The translations under genes and the position numbers were made by a program. The notes beneath the pieces are model-generated. The model was not told where the DNA came from, did no database searches, and saw nothing but the letters and a program-made list of their open reading frames with translations. A stretch of DNA of 64,000 bases from a virus, in the IMG/VR virus record IMGVR_UViG_3300005265_000001, positions 1 to 64,000 of that record, one strand, 5' to 3'. Of the stretch, positions 1 to 10,684 are shown in pieces (position 1 is the stretch's first letter; each line of letters begins with the position of its first letter).

Positions 1-2
1 CA

Positions 3-536
3 TATACAACAACCATTTTTATGTTAGAAAAATATTTTGAAACAAAACTTATGCAAGGATATCCAGAACCCGATATGATTGTGGTGGATTATTTGGATTT
101 GATGAAGCCAATTAGGGAAAGCAAAAAACGTTTTGAACTCGCTGAAATTACATTACATTTGAAACGAATGGGTGTTGAAAAAAATTGTGTAATGGTAACC
201 CCAACACAATTAAATAAAGAAACATATCATGAAATTGATGGTATTCCTGATTTGGGAAATGTGGGGGAATCCTTTGCAAAAACACAAATTGCGGATGTTG
301 TAATGTTGATTAAAAATAATGATCCCGAAGAAGCCTTAGAAAAGGGGTGGAATTGGGGATTATTTATGGCTAAAAATAGGTCAGGAAAATCACGTCAAAT
401 GATACCATTTAATGTTGATTTTGAATATCTAACTTTTGATGAATTTATAGGGGGAATGGAATTAGAAAAACCAAAAGAGGAAATTATCGGAAAACCTGAT
501 TATGACGAAAATTTTTTAGAGGATATAAAATTTTAG
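3..536 (+). CDS. DnaB/T4 gp41-like replicative helicase, C-terminal part (5' truncated by window edge)
   Basis: SF4 motifs IVVDYLDLM, TPTQLN, ESFAKTQIADVV, KNRSG; frame is open back to the window start. Confidence 0.85.
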   Translation, partial: YTTTIFMLEKYFETKLMQGYPEPDMIVVDYLDLMKPIRESKKRFELAEITLHLKRMGVEKNCVMVTPTQLNKETYHEIDGIPDLGNVGESFAKTQIADVVMLIKNNDPEEALEKGWNWGLFMAKNRSGKSRQMIPFNVDFEYLTFDEFIGGMELEKPKEEIIGKPDYDENFLEDIKF

Positions 537-550
537 AGGTGTAGTTGAAA

Positions 551-1339
551 ATGGCAAAAATAAAAAAAGATTATTATAAGTCAAGACAGATAAATAAGAA
601 GCCCAAGTGGTTGAATGTTTCAGAGAAAAGTCAATCAAGATTTGTTTCAAAATTAGTAATGGACTTATCTAAATATATTTCTAATGATGAAACTTTAACT
701 ATGGATAGATTGGCCGAAATGGTTTTATTATATCAAGATGTAAAATCAAATGAGATTTTAAACATCATTTATTCAAATATTTTTGGATGGTTGTTAATGT
801 ATTTGTTGAATGTGAAAAGAAAATATTCAATTTCCCAAAGACAATTTGAAGAATTTTTCGCAGATGCGTATATGCTTTTACAAAGATGTTGTGTAAATTA
901 TAAACACAATCCAAGCAATAATACTTTTTTATCCTATTATAGAATGTGTATTTATTGGATAATTGAGCATACAAAACTAAAACACAAAAATATTATGGAT
1001 TTGATGAGTTTGTCTTATATTGATGAAAAATTTAATGAATTGAATAATGTTGAATTTAATAATGAAAAACATAAGATAAAGAATATGATATTTTTGTCCG
1101 ATATTTTCAAATATATAGTTGAAAATTTTAATGATAAAGAAATTCGATATTTTATTGGTTATCTTGGAAAAAATGAGATATCGGAAAGTGTGGTGTATGA
1201 ATATCTAAAAGATGATAACCTAAAGAAAAAATTAGGAAAAATATTAGAAAAAAAGAGGAAATTTGTTAAAAATAAAGAGTTAGAAAAATCAATTTTTGAT
1301 AGAATAAACAAACATTTTGGAATAAAGGAAAATGAGTAA
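551..1339 (+). CDS. putative phage sigma factor (sigma70 region 2-like)
   Basis: EEFFADAYMLLQRCCVNYKHNPSNNTFLSYYRMCIYWII resembles sigma region 2.2-2.4; lies next to the terminase genes. Confidence 0.5.
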   Translation: MAKIKKDYYKSRQINKKPKWLNVSEKSQSRFVSKLVMDLSKYISNDETLTMDRLAEMVLLYQDVKSNEILNIIYSNIFGWLLMYLLNVKRKYSISQRQFEEFFADAYMLLQRCCVNYKHNPSNNTFLSYYRMCIYWIIEHTKLKHKNIMDLMSLSYIDEKFNELNNVEFNNEKHKIKNMIFLSDIFKYIVENFNDKEIRYFIGYLGKNEISESVVYEYLKDDNLKKKLGKILEKKRKFVKNKELEKSIFDRINKHFGIKENE

Positions 1340-1802
1340 AGATAAAAAATCATTGGTTAATCCAAAGGATTTGATAGTTCGTGGGGCGGCTATTGGAATG
1401 ACCCGAAAAGAACTTTTAAGAACTTTTCGGATTTTTCCCAATGCTTTAGATCAAATTTTATCAGACCCACAAACATTATCTAAAATAGATGAGTATAGAA
1501 AACAACAATTTGAGATTTTAGATGTTAAAATTACTGATTTATATGAAGTTTCATTAGAAAAATTGTATGATTTACTTGAATCACCTAATCCAAATGTTCG
1601 ACTTAAAGCAATAAAAATGATTTTAGATAGTCGATTCCAATTCAAGCCAAGAGAACACAAATTAGAAGTAAGTAAGGGAAAAGATAAATCAACAGAAGAT
1701 GAATTTTTGGAGAGATTGAAAGAATTGAGAACAATTAAAGGTCTTACAGATGATAATGAGGCCATTGATGTTGAATTTGAAGAAAAAGATGGAGATAAAT
1801 AA
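1332..1802 (+). CDS. putative terminase small subunit
   Basis: N-terminal HTH-like segment, helical ESPNPNVRLKAIKMILD, acidic tail; 156 aa, upstream of TerL. Confidence 0.55.
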   Translation: MSKDKKSLVNPKDLIVRGAAIGMTRKELLRTFRIFPNALDQILSDPQTLSKIDEYRKQQFEILDVKITDLYEVSLEKLYDLLESPNPNVRLKAIKMILDSRFQFKPREHKLEVSKGKDKSTEDEFLERLKELRTIKGLTDDNEAIDVEFEEKDGDK

Positions 1803-2365
1803 TGGATATTTATTTTGACACCGAATTTACAGGGCTACATAAAAATACGACGTTAATTTCAATAGGTTGTATTAGTGAAAATGACGATGTTTTTTATGCT
1901 GAATTTACTGATTTTGATGAATCACAAGTAGATGAATGGATTGAAGAAAATGTTCTAAAAAATCTAATTTTAGTTGATTATAATGAAAATGAAGAGCGAA
2001 TTATAAATCATAAAGAATACTATGTGAAGGGAAATAAGGATTTTATTTTTGAAAAATTTAGGATATGGCTATCAAACTTTGATAATGTTCAATTTGTTTC
2101 AGATGTTTGTCATTATGATATGGTTTTATTAATTGATTTATTTGGAAATGCTATTTTGTTACCTGATAATATTTCGCCATGTTGTAAAGATTTGAATGAT
2201 AAAATTGCAAGTTATTTGCGTATTTCTTTAAAAGAAGCCTTCGATATTTCTCGAATAGAGTTTTTGAAAGGATTTCATATTGAAATGGATGGAAATGAAC
2301 ACAATTCTTTATTTGATGCCAAAGTTATAAGACAGTGTTTTTATGCACTTAAAATGGGAGATTAA
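1802..2365 (+). CDS. DEDDh 3'-5' exoribonuclease (Rv2179c-like)
   Basis: IYFDTEFTGL...LISIG, YDMVLL, HNSLFDAK motifs. Confidence 0.85.
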   Translation: MDIYFDTEFTGLHKNTTLISIGCISENDDVFYAEFTDFDESQVDEWIEENVLKNLILVDYNENEERIINHKEYYVKGNKDFIFEKFRIWLSNFDNVQFVSDVCHYDMVLLIDLFGNAILLPDNISPCCKDLNDKIASYLRISLKEAFDISRIEFLKGFHIEMDGNEHNSLFDAKVIRQCFYALKMGD

Positions 2366-2366
2366 A

Positions 2367-3986
2367 ATGTTGCCACGAAGAGAACAAAAGATATTTATTC
2401 AATTTAATAGAGATACAGATTTGTATCAAAGGTTGGTTGATGATGATAATTTTGCTTATGTATCTGAAACGTTTTTATTGATTAAGAATAAAAATAAAGA
2501 AATTGTTCCGTTTGTTTTGAATGATGCACAAAAAGATTTTTTAAAAAAGGAAACGGGACGGGATATTATTTTAAAAGCGAGGCAATTAGGATTTACAACA
2601 TTAAGGGTATTGAGGGATTTTTGGAGAACTATAATGATTCCAAACACAAATGCGGAAATTATAGCACATACCCTTGATGATACTATTGAAATTTTTAGAA
2701 TTATTACATTGGCTTATGAATTATTGCCTCCGTGGGTTAAACTTCCAACTAAATACCAAAATAAAAGAGAATTGTATTTTGAGGATATAAATTCAAAAAT
2801 ATCCGTTTCAACGGCGGGAAAGAGGTCGGGATTGGCAAGGGGTTCCACAAAAAACCATGTCCATTGTTCAGAAGTTGCATTTTGGCCGGATGGCGGGGCA
2901 AGTTTACCTGGTTTGATGGAAACTTTACCAAAAGAGGGGTCGATTTGTTTTGAATCAACTTCAAATGGTCCAGGTGATTTTTTTCATGAGCAATGTGTTC
3001 AAGCAAAAGAACACCAAACTGTTTTTGTTCTACATTTTTATTCATGGTGGTGGGAACCACAATATAGAGAAGAAATTGATTCAGTGGTGGGAGAAAGATT
3101 TGCAACTTTTGATGAAAACGGAAACTTTATATTTACAGAAGAGGAAAAGAAATTAGTAGAGGAACATGATTTATCAATAGAACAAATTTTATGGAGGCGA
3201 AATAAAATATCTATTTTAAAAGAAGATTTTCAAAGAGAGTATCCAGAAACATTCGAGCAAGCGTTTTTACCAAAAGGAAAAACAATTTTCAATAGAGAGT
3301 CTTTGGAAATTTATCATGAAAAATCTAAGACATTTATTTTTCCACCCAAACCGGGCAAATATGCAAATATTCCAGAAATAACACTTTTTAGACCTTATGA
3401 TGAGAAAAATCAATATTTACTTTCTATTGACCCGGCGGATAATGTGGGAAGGGATTTTTCAGTTGCATATATTATGCACAAGTATCCTCTTATTGGAATT
3501 AGCGCAAAAATACGAAGTAATACTATGGACATAAATACTTTTGCAAAGTGGGCGTATGAATTGGCGGAAGAGTATGATAGGCCATTGGGGGTTATTGAAA
3601 GAAATAAAGGCGGGGCGATTTTGAATTATTTTTTGAAAGGATTTGTTTATAATATGGGGCAAAAAGACGAAAAAACCTTTGAACCTTATGGTGAATTATA
3701 TTATGATACTGCTAAAAAGGCCGGAATACACATGACTAATTATTTGAAAACTACTATTATTCAAATGCTAAAAGATGGTATTTCCGAAATGTTATTTGAT
3801 ATAAATGATGAAACATTAGTGAGTGAGCTATATACATTTATGTCATTAAGAGATATAAATTCCCCATTGGGCGTTAAAACTGTTTACGGGGCGGCGTCGG
3901 GTTTTAATGATGACTGTGTAATGGCATTTGGTATCGGGGTTTTTGTTTTTAACACAAAATTTACAGAATTGCAAGTAATGTTTTAA
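2367..3986 (+). CDS. terL: terminase large subunit
   Basis: LNDAQ Q-motif, Walker A ILKARQLGFTT, Walker B HCSEVAFW, coupling motif ESTSNG, nuclease IDPA...DFS and FNDDCVMA; start placed at the ATG after GGGAG. Confidence 0.95.
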   Translation: MLPRREQKIFIQFNRDTDLYQRLVDDDNFAYVSETFLLIKNKNKEIVPFVLNDAQKDFLKKETGRDIILKARQLGFTTLRVLRDFWRTIMIPNTNAEIIAHTLDDTIEIFRIITLAYELLPPWVKLPTKYQNKRELYFEDINSKISVSTAGKRSGLARGSTKNHVHCSEVAFWPDGGASLPGLMETLPKEGSICFESTSNGPGDFFHEQCVQAKEHQTVFVLHFYSWWWEPQYREEIDSVVGERFATFDENGNFIFTEEEKKLVEEHDLSIEQILWRRNKISILKEDFQREYPETFEQAFLPKGKTIFNRESLEIYHEKSKTFIFPPKPGKYANIPEITLFRPYDEKNQYLLSIDPADNVGRDFSVAYIMHKYPLIGISAKIRSNTMDINTFAKWAYELAEEYDRPLGVIERNKGGAILNYFLKGFVYNMGQKDEKTFEPYGELYYDTAKKAGIHMTNYLKTTIIQMLKDGISEMLFDINDETLVSELYTFMSLRDINSPLGVKTVYGAASGFNDDCVMAFGIGVFVFNTKFTELQVMF

Positions 3987-3987
3987 A

Positions 3988-4017
3988 GTTTAGTTTTTGA
4001 ATAATTTGTGATATAAT
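3988..4017 (+). promoter_or_regulatory. sigma70-type promoter (GTTTA -35 variant)
   Basis: TTTAGT-17 bp-TATAAT with TG extension, upstream of the recombinase. Confidence 0.6.
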
Positions 4018-4051
4018 ACCAATAAATTTAAAAATAAGGGGAGCATTTATT

Positions 4052-5257
4052 ATGACGGTTGAAGAATTAAGTATAAATGAAGGGTTTAAGGGAATTGATG
4101 GATTTATCGAATCGAAATATAAATCAATGATATTTAGGGGGCATGATTATTCATTCCCAAGTGGCTATATGATTTTAGATGAGTTTTTGGGGGGTGGATT
4201 TGGGGCCTCTAAATTTATTTCAGTTGTTGGAAATGCGGGATCTGGTAAAACCACATTTTTGATAAACTTTCTTTTCAATTTAGTTTCAACAAATATGAAT
4301 GATTATTATATTGTTTATTTGGATGCGGAACGGTCGGCGGAAGAAAGATTTAAAGGTTTGGGGTTTGATATTGATGACGAAATGAATATTATTATTGGAA
4401 CACAAAAAGTTGGAAAGTATCTCAAACCTGTTTCAATTGAACAGACGGCAACATTTTTAAAAGAATTAACTGAATTAAATAGTGCCAATTCAAGTGATAA
4501 AAAAATACTTGCGGTAGTTGATTCTTTTGCGTCTTTACCTGCCAGTGCTGAATTAGATGCTAAAGTTATAGGGGATAATTCGGCGGGGCTTGGGATTAGA
4601 TCACGTCTTTTAAGCGAATTATTTAGAATTTTACCTGGGCAACTTGAAAGGTCAAATGTTACACTTTTTGGCGTAAATCAAATGAGACAAAAAATTGAAA
4701 TAAATCCAATGATGAAATCCCCGAATCCATTGGGATTTAAACGAAATGAAACAATGCCTGGGGGAAATGCAATGTTTCATTTTGCGTATCAAATGATTTA
4801 TTTACAACCTTCTACCCATATTAAGAATAATAAAACGGGCGTAAAATATGGTCGATTGGTCAATTTTTATATTATGAAAAATAAAATGGCTATGCCATTT
4901 ATTGAATTTCCTTTATTTTTAGGGTATTTGACTGGATTTCACAATATTTTCAGTTTATTTTACTTTTTGAAATCAAATAAATTGATAACTTCATCCGGTC
5001 CGTGGTGGAAATTTGCGGATGCTGATCCCACAATAAATCAAAATTTCAAGGCGGCTGAATTTATAAAATTGTATAAAACCGATAAAAATTTTGCTGAATT
5101 GGTTGAAACTACAATAAAAAGATTTATTCAAAGTCATTATTATGATTCGTCTAAAATTGAAAGTGATAGTGATATTATATTGGAAAAATTAGATGGTGGT
5201 GAATCAGTTGACGAATCTAAAGCAGATGAAGAACCTGAAATTGAGGAAATAGAATGA
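4052..5257 (+). CDS. uvsX: RecA/UvsX-like recombinase
   Basis: LDEFLGGG, Walker A GNAGSGKTT, YLDAE, VVDSFASL, NQMRQKI, PGGNA, KNKMAMPF. Confidence 0.92.
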   Translation: MTVEELSINEGFKGIDGFIESKYKSMIFRGHDYSFPSGYMILDEFLGGGFGASKFISVVGNAGSGKTTFLINFLFNLVSTNMNDYYIVYLDAERSAEERFKGLGFDIDDEMNIIIGTQKVGKYLKPVSIEQTATFLKELTELNSANSSDKKILAVVDSFASLPASAELDAKVIGDNSAGLGIRSRLLSELFRILPGQLERSNVTLFGVNQMRQKIEINPMMKSPNPLGFKRNETMPGGNAMFHFAYQMIYLQPSTHIKNNKTGVKYGRLVNFYIMKNKMAMPFIEFPLFLGYLTGFHNIFSLFYFLKSNKLITSSGPWWKFADADPTINQNFKAAEFIKLYKTDKNFAELVETTIKRFIQSHYYDSSKIESDSDIILEKLDGGESVDESKADEEPEIEEIE

Positions 5258-6357
5258 CAGTAAATAACATTATTTATAACAAACACAATAAAGAGATTTT
5301 TGAAAAATTGATAATGAAGCGTGAAGTTCATCTATTTATAGATGGGGCTAATTTGTTTGCTATCAATTTTTTTAAGAATAAAGATTTAACAAATAAACAT
5401 GGTGAGGTAACGGGGGGGCTTTTTGGTTTTATAAGAGCATTTATGAAAATGATGGATATGTTTTATCCCGATATTGATAATGTTCATGTTGTTTGGGATA
5501 AAGGAAGGTCCGCACGGGCATTGAGTCTTGATCCTGAATACAAAGCCAATAGAGATAAAATTGCCAAAAAGCATGAGGAACTTGATCCCGAAAAGGCGGA
5601 AAAAGAAAAGAAAGAATTTTCCACAAATAGACAGAAAACACGGGAATTTATTGAATCAATTGGGGTAAAACAGTATTTAATTGATAATGTAGAGGGGGAT
5701 ATAATTCTATCCTATTTGATAATGAGGTTTTTGAAAAACAAACCGAAAAATTCAATTTGTGTAATAATTTCAAATGATTCTGATTTTTTTCAGTTATTGC
5801 AACATTATCCCGATGTGATTATATGGTCTCCAATTAAAAAAGTGTTTATTACACCTGATTTAATAAGTGAGATTTATTTAAAAAAGAAAGTGGATTACAA
5901 AATAACACCGTTAAAATTTTTGCTTTCAAAGTGTTTAAGTGGGGATACAAGTGACAATATTAAAGGAATTGATGGAATCGGAAAGGTTAGAGCATTTAAT
6001 TTTGTAAAAAGCATACCTAATGATGTGATTACAATAGATGATTTGATTAAATCAATTGAGGAAAAGCCAATTAAAAACAACTATGAAAAATTAGTTTTGA
6101 ATCATGAACACCGATTAAGAACAAATTTTGAATTAATCAATTTAATGGAACCTGAAAAATACATAACTACTCCAATAAAAGCAATGATAAATGATGTGTT
6201 AGAGGGGGAAACAAGACAAGATTTTACAAAGTCATATCAATTATTAAGTTGGTGTGAATGTGGAACTATTATTCAGAAATTTCCAATTTTTATTCAACAA
6301 TATGGTAAAATGAAAATAGAGGAAATATTTGAACTGAATATCCAACTTTCAAAATAG
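5254..6357 (+). CDS. 5'-3' exonuclease / T4 RNase H-like flap endonuclease
   Basis: FIDGANL, YKANR, EGDII, SNDSDFFQL, GDTSDNIKGIDGIG (H3TH). Confidence 0.92.
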   Translation: MTVNNIIYNKHNKEIFEKLIMKREVHLFIDGANLFAINFFKNKDLTNKHGEVTGGLFGFIRAFMKMMDMFYPDIDNVHVVWDKGRSARALSLDPEYKANRDKIAKKHEELDPEKAEKEKKEFSTNRQKTREFIESIGVKQYLIDNVEGDIILSYLIMRFLKNKPKNSICVIISNDSDFFQLLQHYPDVIIWSPIKKVFITPDLISEIYLKKKVDYKITPLKFLLSKCLSGDTSDNIKGIDGIGKVRAFNFVKSIPNDVITIDDLIKSIEEKPIKNNYEKLVLNHEHRLRTNFELINLMEPEKYITTPIKAMINDVLEGETRQDFTKSYQLLSWCECGTIIQKFPIFIQQYGKMKIEEIFELNIQLSK

Positions 6358-6387
6358 TTATATTATTTCAATAAAAAGGGGATTTAT

Positions 6388-6735
6388 ATGTTATTGGTAT
6401 ATTTTTTCAAGTTATTGATTGCCCATGCTTTCACTGATTTTAGTTTACAAAGTGAGATGATGAATAAATACAAAGCCATAGTAACAGATGAGGAAAAGTT
6501 TGTTGTGGCTAATTGGATACATTGGCTTTTGGCACATTCTTTAGTAAATGCGGGCGGGGTTTGGCTTGTAACAGGGAACTATATTTATGGATTTATAGAA
6601 TTTATTGTTCATTTTTTCGTCGATTTAATGAAAGTTAAAAATGTAATAAGTCCGGACGTGGATCAAATAATTCATATTTTTACTAAAGTTGGTATAGTTT
6701 TATTATTTCATTACAACATTTTTATGGTGAATTAA
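6388..6735 (+). CDS. DUF3307-like membrane protein
   Basis: HAFTDFSLQ, HSLVN, HFFVD, DQIIH pattern with hydrophobic helices. Confidence 0.75.
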   Translation: MLLVYFFKLLIAHAFTDFSLQSEMMNKYKAIVTDEEKFVVANWIHWLLAHSLVNAGGVWLVTGNYIYGFIEFIVHFFVDLMKVKNVISPDVDQIIHIFTKVGIVLLFHYNIFMVN

Positions 6736-6736
6736 A

Positions 6737-7279
6737 ATGGACATAACAAAAGAAATGTTTAATCATTTTATGATTAGAACAATTAAACATATTACACGTG
6801 TAATTAAAAATGCAGAAATATTACGTGATAATGGGTTTATAGACATAGTTGATAAAGCAAAATTACATGATTCGTCGAAATTTGAACCGCCAGAAGTCGT
6901 TCCGTATATTTATTTATCATGGCAAAAAGAAACAGGTGTTTATTTACCACCCGATATTTGGAATGAAATAAATAAGGCAACATTACACCATATAAAAAAT
7001 AATAAACACCACCCTGAATTTTGGGATAAAAACTTTAACGGAAGAAGAAATTTTAACAAAGAAAATAGGGATGGTATTCCACCCAAACCAGTTGACGGAA
7101 AATCCATGCCTCAGATATATTTGGCCGAAATGTGTTGTGATTGGCAAGCTATGTCACAAGAACTTGGAACGAATGTTTGGGATTGGTCAAAAAGTGTGAT
7201 AAATAGACGATGGTTATTTACTGATACACAAGTGAAATTTATAAATGATTGTTTGATGAGTTTGAATAAGGATAAATAG
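6737..7279 (+). CDS. HD-superfamily protein (DUF5662-like)
   Basis: HDSSKF, HHIKNNKHHPEFW, EMCCDW. Confidence 0.7.
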   Translation: MDITKEMFNHFMIRTIKHITRVIKNAEILRDNGFIDIVDKAKLHDSSKFEPPEVVPYIYLSWQKETGVYLPPDIWNEINKATLHHIKNNKHHPEFWDKNFNGRRNFNKENRDGIPPKPVDGKSMPQIYLAEMCCDWQAMSQELGTNVWDWSKSVINRRWLFTDTQVKFINDCLMSLNKDK

Positions 7280-7281
7280 AT

Positions 7282-8475
7282 TTGGGAAGAAAAATACTGC
7301 TACTTTCAGATAATCATTTTCAAAATATTTTTTATACTTCCGACAATTATATCAATATTTCCAATAAACAGATGGAAATAGATGGTATAAAGTGCGGTCA
7401 ATATTTTTATTCACAATATAAGTCTTTTGAATATCTTATAGACTATTGTAGAAAAGAAAGAATTGACTATGTTTTTGATTTGGGAGATGTTTTTGAAAAG
7501 CCTGAGATAAATACAATTACAACCAATTTGGTAAATAAATTGTTTACTCGATTGTATGAAACCATAAATGGTCGAATTATTATTTTAAGTGGGAATCATG
7601 ATAGTAAAAATTACAATAATCCAATGTTTTCAAAGGTTTTGAATATAAAACATTCCACGGCAGTATCGGGCAAAGTTTCCTATTTTGATTTTAGTGATGA
7701 TTTTATTTTTGTTTTTGTTCCATATTTTTTGAGTTATGAACTTAATAATGTTTATTCTGAACTATTTAATAGTCTTGACAACCCGAAAAACAAAAAACTT
7801 GTTTTATTTGCACACCATGATTTGATTGAAATAGATAAATTGTTAAACATAGATAATGATAATGATTTTACCATAACAAATTATGCTAATAAATTTTTTG
7901 AAATGTTTTTTGGTCATTATCATAAACGGATATTAACAGAATTGGGGGGGACCAAACTTACTATTATAGGAGCATATAATAAAACAGATGGAAAAGATGA
8001 GGAAAATAATCAAGATCACGGGTTTGCTGTTCTTGAATTTAATGATGATTTAAGTGATTTTGAAACTAATTTTTACAATTTGGGGTTTTTTCCTTATATA
8101 TATTTGGATTACGAAGATGTAAATGAAGAAAATTTACAAATTGCTTATAAATATAAACAAGATAATCCAGACTGTTTTATTACTTTGATAGTAAATACTC
8201 ATAGAAATTTATTGTTTACAGAAGAGTTTGAACTAAAGACATTTTTAAAACATTATGATGGTGTAATAAATAGATATAAGATAAAGACATTTTTTAAGGC
8301 TAAAGAACAAGATTTATCAAAGGTAAGGATGGATTCTCTTAAAAATTTGAGAGAATTTTTTGTAAAATCTGTGGTAGAATATTTAAAGGTAATTGTTCAA
8401 ATTCAAGATAAAGAGGAAATAAAAGAATACGTTGATTTTTTAAAGCGTCTTATGATAGAATCAACTAAAGAATGA
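7282..8475 (+). CDS. Mre11/SbcD-like nuclease (T4 gp47-like)
   Basis: SDNHF, LGDVFE, SGNHD, GHYH metallophosphoesterase motifs; adjacent to Rad50-like gene; TTG start. Confidence 0.88.
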   Translation: MGRKILLLSDNHFQNIFYTSDNYINISNKQMEIDGIKCGQYFYSQYKSFEYLIDYCRKERIDYVFDLGDVFEKPEINTITTNLVNKLFTRLYETINGRIIILSGNHDSKNYNNPMFSKVLNIKHSTAVSGKVSYFDFSDDFIFVFVPYFLSYELNNVYSELFNSLDNPKNKKLVLFAHHDLIEIDKLLNIDNDNDFTITNYANKFFEMFFGHYHKRILTELGGTKLTIIGAYNKTDGKDEENNQDHGFAVLEFNDDLSDFETNFYNLGFFPYIYLDYEDVNEENLQIAYKYKQDNPDCFITLIVNTHRNLLFTEEFELKTFLKHYDGVINRYKIKTFFKAKEQDLSKVRMDSLKNLREFFVKSVVEYLKVIVQIQDKEEIKEYVDFLKRLMIESTKE

Positions 8476-8484
8476 GGTGTTTGA

Positions 8485-8736
8485 ATGAATCTAATAGAAA
8501 AGTGGAAAAAAATAAAAGAGAGGTTATTTTGTGTAATTTGTCGAAAAGTTTCCGATTTTAGAGAAACCGATGACAAAAAAGTTAGTTGTTTAAATTGTGG
8601 ACATTTAGATACCATTACAACAGAATTTCCTTATACTTACTTTTGCAAAAAACATAATAGTGTTTTTGGCGTTTTCTTTAATGAAATCAATTTCTTAACA
8701 ACTCATGTTTGTAATGAATGGAGTCGATATAAATAA
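8485..8736 (+). CDS. small Zn-binding protein
   Basis: CxxC, CxxC, CxxH motifs. Confidence 0.5.
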   Translation: MNLIEKWKKIKERLFCVICRKVSDFRETDDKKVSCLNCGHLDTITTEFPYTYFCKKHNSVFGVFFNEINFLTTHVCNEWSRYK

Positions 8737-10637
8737 TGTTTCATTTGAGGAAATTATATATAGAGAATTTTTTGTCAATTGAACGGGTTACTATTGATTT
8801 TGAAATCAAAGAAAATTTGTTTATATTGATTAAGGGGTGGGATGTAAAAAAACAAGTATCAAATGGGGCGGGTAAATCGGCTATTATTGATGCCATTTTA
8901 TTTTGTTTATTTAAGACAACGATGAGGGGGAAGGTAAATGATAGAGAAAAATTAAAAATAGCACAATTGATAAAAAGGGGGAATAAGGGTGAGGCTGTAA
9001 TTGCTTGTGAATTAATTGATTATGAAGACAATCGAAAGTTAAAAATAGTCCGAAAAATTACAAACAAGGGGCTGAATAAAGTTGTATTATATGAAAATGA
9101 TGAGCAATTTAATGAAAAATCTACTGATATACAAAACCGCATAAACAGACTTTTACTGAATAATTTTACGATTTTTGATTACATACGAAATAATGTTTTT
9201 GTTTCAACTAATTATTATCAATTTTTTGCCTTATCACGGGAAAAGAAAATCCGAATTTTAGAAAGTTTGATTACACAATTTGATTTTGCACGTCTTCAAA
9301 AGTTTATTTCAGAAGAGCAAAAGAATAGAATTGATTTGGTATCAAAAAAGAAACAGGAAATAATAAAACACAATTTTGAAATAGATAAAAACAATCAGTT
9401 AATCGAAAAATACAAGGAATTTTTGGCCGAAGTGGATATGAAGGTTGAAAAAGAAAGTATCAAAAAAGAAATTAAAACAATTACCGGGGAATTGGATCGA
9501 AGCTATAAAATAAAAGAGATGTATGAAGCTGAGATAGAAAAAGAAACAAAAGAATATGAAAAAATGTTACTTGAAATTTTGAAAGTGGAAAAGACAAAAA
9601 AGAAATATGAGGTCGAAAAACGGGTATTGAATAAGTCTTTGAAAGATATGAAAACCTTAGATGGGGTAGCAATTTGCCCTTTATGTGGTAGTGAAATAAA
9701 TCCAGAAAATATAAAACAAGAATTTGAGAAAATATCAAAACAAGTAAAAAAACTGATTGAAAAAATAGGAAACGTAAAAGTTGAACTTAAAAGCAAAAGT
9801 ATAGAGGCAGAAGATAAAAAACAATCCATTGAAAATATTAAGGAAAAATTGAGTAAATTAGTCATGGAAATGGGTATAATTGAAAACAAAAAAATTATTA
9901 TCCAAAAACGTCTAAATGATATTGAAACACAAGAAAATAGCAGTAGTAATAAATTACAGAGTGATATAGATGAATTATTAAAGAGAAATAAAAAGGTGGA
10001 AAAAGATATTAAGAAAATTGAAAATGAAATAGGCGAAATTACAAAGGAAATTGATAAATTGGCTATTTTCAAAGATATGTTTCAAAATAAATCTCAATTT
10101 AAGGTTATGTTTTTGAGACATATTTTTGATGACTTAAATATATTAACTAATCAAGTTTTGAAGAAAATTTTTGATAAAAATGAAATGGAATTAAAATGGT
10201 ATTTTGATGATAGTAATGACATAAGCATTTATGATAAAGTTTCAAAGGTTTCGTATTTTGAAATGTCAAGTGGTGAGAAACGTATTGTTGACATTGTTAT
10301 TTTGTTTTTGTTTTTGGAAATATCAATGTTAAATAATAAAACAAATCTTAATTTGATACTTATGGATGAGCCTTTTGAGCATTTGGATAGATTGTTGACT
10401 ATTAAGTTGATCCAATTATTACGTGATTTTATTTATAATCATAATATCCAATTATTTTTTATTTCCCATTCAAACGAAATAGACGAAATTTTGGGAATTG
10501 ATAATGATGATTATGTGGCCTCCAAAATAGATAGGTTTCGATTTAAGATTAGCAATTATTTGAAAAATGATATTAGATTATTTGATAAAGTGTTATTTGC
10601 GTGGAAAAAAGAAAACACAAAAGTTGTAGAAATTTAG
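8736..10637 (+). CDS. Rad50/SbcC-like ATPase (T4 gp46-like)
   Basis: NFLSI, NGAGKS, coiled coils, CPLCG zinc hook, signature MSSGEK, LMDEPF, ISH. Confidence 0.93.
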   Translation: MFHLRKLYIENFLSIERVTIDFEIKENLFILIKGWDVKKQVSNGAGKSAIIDAILFCLFKTTMRGKVNDREKLKIAQLIKRGNKGEAVIACELIDYEDNRKLKIVRKITNKGLNKVVLYENDEQFNEKSTDIQNRINRLLLNNFTIFDYIRNNVFVSTNYYQFFALSREKKIRILESLITQFDFARLQKFISEEQKNRIDLVSKKKQEIIKHNFEIDKNNQLIEKYKEFLAEVDMKVEKESIKKEIKTITGELDRSYKIKEMYEAEIEKETKEYEKMLLEILKVEKTKKKYEVEKRVLNKSLKDMKTLDGVAICPLCGSEINPENIKQEFEKISKQVKKLIEKIGNVKVELKSKSIEAEDKKQSIENIKEKLSKLVMEMGIIENKKIIIQKRLNDIETQENSSSNKLQSDIDELLKRNKKVEKDIKKIENEIGEITKEIDKLAIFKDMFQNKSQFKVMFLRHIFDDLNILTNQVLKKIFDKNEMELKWYFDDSNDISIYDKVSKVSYFEMSSGEKRIVDIVILFLFLEISMLNNKTNLNLILMDEPFEHLDRLLTIKLIQLLRDFIYNHNIQLFFISHSNEIDEILGIDNDDYVASKIDRFRFKISNYLKNDIRLFDKVLFAWKKENTKVVEI

Positions 10638-10684
10638 ATAAAGAGGTTTAATTTTTTTCTTTTTTGTGATATATTCATAAACAT

